A stretch of 64,000 bases of DNA from positions 62,721 to 126,720 of the forward strand of contig JAZDCZ010000243.1 in the NCBI GenBank assembly GCA_036679605.1, written 5' to 3'. This document shows, one piece after another, positions 58,897 through 64,000 of the stretch. The position numbers were made by a program, and so were the translations under genes. The notes beneath the pieces were generated by a model that saw only the letters and a program-made list of their open reading frames with translations, made no database searches and was not told the DNA's origin. Each line of letters begins with the position of its first letter. Within the stretch, counting starts at the first letter, position 1. This DNA comes from Gemmatimonadota bacterium. GTDB lineage: Bacteria > Gemmatimonadota > Gemmatimonadetes > Gemmatimonadales > GWC2-71-9.

Positions 58897-59499
58897 ATGA
58901 CAACTACCAGCAGAGATCAGGCCCTCAAGGTCATCCGAGAAATGGGCATCGTGCGGCCGGTGGACCTCGAGACCCGCGGAATCTCTCGCGGAATACTCTA
59001 CCGGCTAGTCCGGGAGGGCCAGGTCGAGCGTCAGGCTCGGGGAATCTACGTTGCAACCCCACACGCCTTCTCGGCCGAGCATACGCTTGCGCATGTAGCC
59101 AAGCGTGTGCCCGCAAGTATCGTCTGCCTGCTCACCGCGCTACGCTTTCACGAACTGACGACACAGAGCCCGGCCGAGGTCTGGATTGCTCTGCCCGAAA
59201 AGGCCAGGAAGCCGCAGCTCGAATACCCGCGTCTGCGCGTCGCCCGCTTCTCGGGACCGGCCCTCACGGAAGGTATTGAGACACACCGACTCGAGAACGT
59301 CGAAGTACGTGTATACTCGGCCGCGAAGACGGTCGCCGACTGCTTCAAGTACCGCAACAAGATTGGTATTGATGTCGCGGTGGAGGCCCTACGCGACTAC
59401 AGCCGGCGTCAACGCGGTGGTGCAACCGACCTGGCCCGTTTCGCGCGCATCTGCCGCGTAACCCGAGTCATGCAGCCCTACCTGGACGCGATCGCGTGA
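58897..59499 (+). CDS. AbiEi-like type IV antitoxin
   Basis: RGIY, CLLTALRFHELTTQ and AKTVADCFKYRNKIG motifs. Confidence 0.88.
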   Translation: MTTTSRDQALKVIREMGIVRPVDLETRGISRGILYRLVREGQVERQARGIYVATPHAFSAEHTLAHVAKRVPASIVCLLTALRFHELTTQSPAEVWIALPEKARKPQLEYPRLRVARFSGPALTEGIETHRLENVEVRVYSAAKTVADCFKYRNKIGIDVAVEALRDYSRRQRGGATDLARFARICRVTRVMQPYLDAIA

Positions 59500-60440
59500 C
59501 TGGCAAGAAGACAAACCTCGCGGCCTCCGTCGCTGCCCGCCTGCTCAACTGTGCAAAGCAGGCAGGCGATGATTACCAGACGCTGCTCACGAGCTTCTGT
59601 TTTGAGCGATTCCTTTACCGCCTCGGCGCGTCCGAGGTCCGGGAGCGCTTCGTACTCAAGGGCGCGATGCTCCTGCGCGTTTGGTCGGACCAACCCTACC
59701 GATCCACCCGGGATCTGGACCTGCTACGTAGCGGGGACGGCTCGTTCGATGCCATCCGTAGCGATCTCAAGACGATCTGCACCGCGCCCGTTGAGCCGGA
59801 GGCCGTCGCGTTCGACGCGGACGCGATCCGAATCGAAGCGATTCGTGCTGAGGACGAGTATGCCGGAACGCGGACGATACTGCCCACACGATGCGGAACG
59901 GCGCGACTGAATCTGCAGATCGACGTGGGACTGGGCGATTCCGTGTGGCCCCCAGCCCAGCCTTGCACGTACCCCACGTTGCTCGAATTCCCGGCACCGG
60001 GCGTGCTGGCTTATCCGCGCGAGGCGGTTGTTGCGGAGAAACTGGAAGCGATCGTGGTACTAGGCGACCGCAACAGCAGGATCAAGGATTTTTTCGACAT
60101 TCACTATCTGGCGGGACATTTCGGGTTCGACCGAGCCACGCTGGCGGAGACGGTGCGCAGAACCTTTACGCAACGGCATACGCCGATCCCGGAGGACGCA
60201 CCCATCGGTCTCACTCCCATGTACTGGGAGAATCCCACGCGCCCCGCGCAGGTGCAGGCGTTCGCCCGCCGGGCGGGACTTGCCGTTCCAGACGATCTGG
60301 GCGAGGGATTCGCCGGTCTTCTTGGTGCGTTCCTGCTCCCGATTCTCGACGATGCCCGTCGTGGCGTGCCAAACGTGGGAAAATGGCTCCCGGGCGGGCC
60401 GTGGGGAGGGATGAAGGCCGAAACCAATCTCGTCCGATAA
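59496..60440 (+). CDS. AbiEii-like nucleotidyltransferase toxin
   Basis: LKGAML, RSTRDLDL, AEKLEA and NSRIKDFFD motifs. Confidence 0.9.
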   Translation: MTGKKTNLAASVAARLLNCAKQAGDDYQTLLTSFCFERFLYRLGASEVRERFVLKGAMLLRVWSDQPYRSTRDLDLLRSGDGSFDAIRSDLKTICTAPVEPEAVAFDADAIRIEAIRAEDEYAGTRTILPTRCGTARLNLQIDVGLGDSVWPPAQPCTYPTLLEFPAPGVLAYPREAVVAEKLEAIVVLGDRNSRIKDFFDIHYLAGHFGFDRATLAETVRRTFTQRHTPIPEDAPIGLTPMYWENPTRPAQVQAFARRAGLAVPDDLGEGFAGLLGAFLLPILDDARRGVPNVGKWLPGGPWGGMKAETNLVR

Positions 60441-60676
60441 TCTGAGATCCGGAGCACTACCTATCTGAGCGCGGTCTGGAGGTGTGGGTCGAAACTGCGA
60501 TCGTTACTACCTGTCGGCAGGGACGGCAGTGCCTTTCAACATCTTGAGATTGTCGATGGGAAGCCTCTTGCAAGATATTCCGCTAAACAGCCTGGGGAGA
60601 TCGCGAACCCGTTACGCGACGTGCGTAACACTTGTTGAACTAAACCGCTGTAGGCTGCCTCTCAGCAGCCACTGAC

Positions 60677-60710
60677 AGTACTTGCGTACTTTAAGTACTT
60701 GTAGTATACT
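60677..60710 (+). promoter_or_regulatory. Promoter overlapped by three GTACTT repeats
   Basis: TTGCGT-N17-TATACT; GTACTT at 60678, 60686 and 60695. Confidence 0.55.
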
Positions 60711-60737
60711 GGGTGCACACTTCAGCTTGGAGTCTGC

Positions 60738-61223
60738 ATGCGCCTATTCACGATCGAGGTGGATGAGGAGGTCTTCCGCCACCTTCAGGACCAAGCCCGG
60801 CCGCTCATCGACACACCAAACACGGTGCTTCGCCGACTGTTGCTCCGGGCCGATTCAGGGCCGAAGGCCAAGCGCGCGGATGGACAGGCCGTCAGTCCGT
60901 GCCTCGAGACACCGAAAGAATTTCCCAACATGCCCTTCGGAACTCCGGCTGGACTTCAGCAGATTCTCTGGGTCATCTATCTCGTAAGAAGGAAAGGCCG
61001 ACCCCGCCCGGAGGCCACGACGGACGTCGCGAAGGCACTTCACATCGCGCCTCAGACGGTTCTAGACAAGTACTGTCGGCAACTCGGTCTCACGGCAATG
61101 AAGTTCGACCTTCTTGTACGGGATCCTGAGCTGAATGAGTTGCGCTCGCTGTTACTGCGAAAGTTCCCGGCATACGAGGAAATTATTCGCCGCTTCCTCT
61201 CTGGTCTGCGAGCGGACGCATGA
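60738..61223 (+). CDS. Hypothetical DNA-binding protein with a SeqA-N-like RHH and a possible C-terminal HTH
   Basis: TIEVDEEVFRHL...DTPNTVLRRLL; DVAKALHIAPQTV. Confidence 0.6.
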   Translation: MRLFTIEVDEEVFRHLQDQARPLIDTPNTVLRRLLLRADSGPKAKRADGQAVSPCLETPKEFPNMPFGTPAGLQQILWVIYLVRRKGRPRPEATTDVAKALHIAPQTVLDKYCRQLGLTAMKFDLLVRDPELNELRSLLLRKFPAYEEIIRRFLSGLRADA

Positions 61224-61354
61224 CCGCTTGCACCTGACGGGCCGTACGCTTGCCGCGGTAGCGTAGGTTTGAGCGCGCGGATGAACCGCGGTATGTTCAG
61301 CATCGCGCCGGCGCGGAGTGCGTCGCCCGCAGGTGAACCGCAGGTCCGTTAGGC
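61218..61354 (+). mobile_element. Integron attC-like site
   Basis: GCATGAC overlaps the stop codon; TT[G]CACCTG[A]CGGGC pairs with GCCCGCAGGTGAA leaving two extrahelical bases; ends in GTTAGGC. Confidence 0.72.
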
Positions 61355-61379
61355 GAACGCGGCATAGAAAGGCGTCGAA

Positions 61380-61946
61380 ATGAGTCTACTCAACCTGCTC
61401 TGCTCGGTGACGACAGGTTCTAGGCGCCGGCGCGCGGTCCTGACGCCCATCGTCCTCGTTGTGGCTGTGAGCCTGTTTCTCCTGGTCGTCTTTGGAAGTC
61501 TGTACGTGGACAGAGCGCTCGGCATGCCACGGCTACTTCCTGGGGCACTGGGCACGGCCATCGGAATACCCCTCCTTGCAGCAGGCCTGGCGCTGCATGC
61601 CTGGTGCCTCGTGTTGTTCTGGAGAGCAAGGGGGACAGGCGGGATAGGCGTGCCGGTCAACCCTCCGCGTGAGCTTGTTACGGTGGGACCGTATGCTTGG
61701 ACCCGCAACCCGATGGTGACTGCGGTCTTCGCATGGCTGTCCGGGCTTGGGTTCCTGCTCAATTCCATATCGATGGTTTTCGTATGGACGCCCGTGTTCA
61801 TAATAGTACTCGTGATTGAATTGAAGCTGGTGGAGGAGCCGGAACTCGAGCGTCGGTTGGGCGCGAGCTACAGAGAGTACAGCCAGCGCGTACCAATGCT
61901 CATTCCGAGGGCGCCGGTCGGCAATCACGGGAGGGTCAAGGAGTGA
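61380..61946 (+). CDS. Isoprenylcysteine carboxyl methyltransferase/PEMT-family membrane protein
   Basis: LVTVGPYAWTRNPM and EEPELERRLGASYREY motifs. Confidence 0.85.
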   Translation: MSLLNLLCSVTTGSRRRRAVLTPIVLVVAVSLFLLVVFGSLYVDRALGMPRLLPGALGTAIGIPLLAAGLALHAWCLVLFWRARGTGGIGVPVNPPRELVTVGPYAWTRNPMVTAVFAWLSGLGFLLNSISMVFVWTPVFIIVLVIELKLVEEPELERRLGASYREYSQRVPMLIPRAPVGNHGRVKE

Positions 61947-61964
61947 ATCCGACCGGCCGTTGCG

Positions 61965-63686
61965 TTATGGAGCGAGTGAGGAATACGGCCCCAGCTTAAG
62001 AGCTGCCGTCATAGTGAGTTCTCGGCTGTCCCGCCACAGTACGATCGGGTATTGAGCCGGAGTGCCCCGTAGGTCGCGCACGAGCCAGCGGTAAAGTCCG
62101 CTAACACCACCCCTACCTCTGAAGAACGGCTCGCCACCGACGCTGATTATCAGGTCGCCGGCGCGGAGCCCCGCCAACCCAATGGGGCTCTTGTCATTGA
62201 CCTGTGTGACCCGCAGTGCCACCTGCTCTGGAGCAGACAAGTCGACGCTGCTGGGTAACTGTTGCTCCACTCCCTCGAACCCCACACTAGCAAATCTTTC
62301 TTCGATCGCGCGCTGAGCGTACATCTCCCAGAACGAGATCTGCCCCTCGGGTCGCTGTGGTGTCAGGTCCTTCGACAGCGCTTCTGCCGTGGCGATGGCT
62401 CTAGTTGTCGAAGGGACGGCGACGTGTATCGCTGCCGAGTATACGCGTCGCTCGTCCGCCAAGTGTCGCGCCTGGACGAGCGCGGTTTGGATCGATCGCG
62501 GCACTACCTCGTCGAAGGCACGGACACCATTTACCCAAATCTCAACGGTCCGATCCATATCGACCAGATGATCGTTGAGAAAAATCGTGAGGCCCGGTGT
62601 CCAGCGTGCCGTAATATCTATGCGGTTGGTGCTTCCGACGACGGCATGTATCAAAGCCTGACGCGTGTCGGTCTCGATCCAGTGAACTCGTCGAGCGACG
62701 GGCATAATAGCATCGTGCGGCACTCGCAGTATCTCGCGGGGATACTTTTGTCGCGGTCTGCTATCGAGCCAGCGCAATACATCTCCGTAATGTTCTTGGA
62801 AACCTTCGTGCGCGCGGTCGGAGAACTCTCGGTACGTGAGATCGTACCCGAAGTCGGTGAGGATGGCAGCGAGAGACCGCGGACCGCTTACACCACGGAT
62901 ATTTCTGTCCTGAGTTCCCTCCAGAACGTAAGTTGGAACTCCGAGCAGGTTGCGGAGCAACAGTTCCCGCGAATCGCCCTCGGTCGAAACGGGCACAATG
63001 GCCGACAGCCAATCCGGATGCGCAGCCGCAAAACCGATGGAGAAGTTCGAGCCGAGTGATATTCCGGTGGAGACTATCCGGTCGGCGCTGATGTTGTAGC
63101 GTGACCTGAGTGCGACGATCACGGCCTTCGCTTCTTCGGGATGGAATATCTCATAAGGAAGTCGATCGCGTGTTCGGCCACCACCCGCCACCGTCGAAAC
63201 CATCGCGGGTGCCGCCACGATCCAACCGGCCCGTTCGGCGTTCTCCGACCAGACCGCTACCATCCGCTGTGCACCGCGCTCGGCACTCTCGGCGCTGCCG
63301 GTGGGGCCGCCATGCATGGCGAACATGAGGGGCCATTCGGTGTCGGCCGAATATCGTGATGGTAGCTGCACGTAAACGGGAATCGTGCGCCCTCCCGGTG
63401 CACTTACCGTGAACTGGTCGAGTGTCGGTTTTCCGGCTGAATCGGGTACATGTTGGTCATGAATGGTCCCGAGTCTCATGATTTCTTCCAGATCGAGCAT
63501 CTGCATTCTCGAAACGCCGACCAGCAAGGTGTCGGTCTCGATCGTCGCGGCTGCAGTGCGGAATTCTTCCTGCGTCTTGGGCCAGAGGTACGATTGCACC
63601 AATGCCTGGGAGACTTGCGCGCTTTGTGACCGGAGTGACGGAGCAGCCAGCGATGTGAGTAACAACAGGAGAAGGAGTGATTTCAT
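61965..63686 (-). CDS. Exported alpha/beta hydrolase with a C-terminal PDZ domain
   Basis: MHGG, GISLG nucleophile elbow, Asp/His candidates; SPIGLAGLRAGDLIISVGG. Confidence 0.75.
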   Translation of the reverse strand: MKSLLLLLLLTSLAAPSLRSQSAQVSQALVQSYLWPKTQEEFRTAAATIETDTLLVGVSRMQMLDLEEIMRLGTIHDQHVPDSAGKPTLDQFTVSAPGGRTIPVYVQLPSRYSADTEWPLMFAMHGGPTGSAESAERGAQRMVAVWSENAERAGWIVAAPAMVSTVAGGGRTRDRLPYEIFHPEEAKAVIVALRSRYNISADRIVSTGISLGSNFSIGFAAAHPDWLSAIVPVSTEGDSRELLLRNLLGVPTYVLEGTQDRNIRGVSGPRSLAAILTDFGYDLTYREFSDRAHEGFQEHYGDVLRWLDSRPRQKYPREILRVPHDAIMPVARRVHWIETDTRQALIHAVVGSTNRIDITARWTPGLTIFLNDHLVDMDRTVEIWVNGVRAFDEVVPRSIQTALVQARHLADERRVYSAAIHVAVPSTTRAIATAEALSKDLTPQRPEGQISFWEMYAQRAIEERFASVGFEGVEQQLPSSVDLSAPEQVALRVTQVNDKSPIGLAGLRAGDLIISVGGEPFFRGRGGVSGLYRWLVRDLRGTPAQYPIVLWRDSRELTMTAALKLGPYSSLAP

Positions 63687-63693
63687 AAATCGA

Positions 63694-64000
63694 CTAGGCC
63701 TTGGCTTCTAAGGTGAGGACCTCGAAAGGCTCGAGCGAGAACGTATGCCGCTCATCAGCACGGAGTTCGATTGCATCTCGGCTGCTGTCTGCCTTCCACG
63801 GACTTCGGGCGGTGTAACCGACGGGTGCTCCTTCCGGCAACTCGAATACCTCCCCGATGTCGAGTTCGATCGACTGTGGCACGTCTTTGGGATTCCGTAG
63901 AACGAGGATGCCTGCATCATCGTTCCACGAGGCTCTGCCGTACACCTCCAGCTCTTCCGGGTCACCGCCCACCCAGTGGGTGTCGACCAAGATGTCGGCG
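63694..64000 (-). CDS. C-terminal part of a larger protein, possibly glycoside-hydrolase-like (continues beyond the window)
   Basis: Open frame to the window end; DTHWVGGDP...LVLRNP...LEPFEVLTLE beta-rich tail. Confidence 0.5.
   Translation of the reverse strand, partial: ADILVDTHWVGGDPEELEVYGRASWNDDAGILVLRNPKDVPQSIELDIGEVFELPEGAPVGYTARSPWKADSSRDAIELRADERHTFSLEPFEVLTLEAKA

Noticed and set aside
60441..60676. Short ORF 60484-60675
   Set aside because: No RBS or recognisable motif; possibly a decayed remnant.
1..64000. CRISPR array, tRNA (including tRNA-Sec), rRNA, transposase, integrase
   Set aside because: No regularly spaced repeats, cloverleaf signatures or recombinase motifs were seen by eye; tRNAscan or Infernal would be needed to exclude them formally.

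Overview
A GC-rich bacterial chromosomal window. The gene repertoire (6-bladed beta-propeller lipoproteins, Hanks-type Ser/Thr kinases, an ADOP-type orphan permease, an Oar-like TonB receptor, DUF2911 proteins) suggests Gemmatimonadota; this is an inference. Main results: (1) Two genes that the ORF track splits at an in-frame TGA are best read as selenoproteins. One is an AhpD/CMD-like CxxU protein (5881-6465). The other is a signal-peptide-bearing, Cys-free peroxiredoxin (49141-49737) next to ccdA/tlpA-like genes. Each TGA is followed by a SECIS-like hairpin. (2) A family-5 solute-binding protein / histidine kinase / NtrC-type regulator operon is followed by a complete sigma-54 promoter (two palindromic enhancers, an IHF site, -24/-12) upstream of a TPR lipoprotein gene. 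(3) The 54.1-62 kb region is a toxin-antitoxin-rich island with attC-like sites and no integrase in the window (a decaying CALIN-like cassette array). (4) Other oddities are an orphan tandem HicB-like protein, a GntR-ABC operon with two apparently inactive gluzincin-like paralogs, a SeqA-N-like cassette gene and several pseudogenes. I saw no rRNA, tRNA, CRISPR array or transposase. All family calls come from motif recognition by eye, without database searches.
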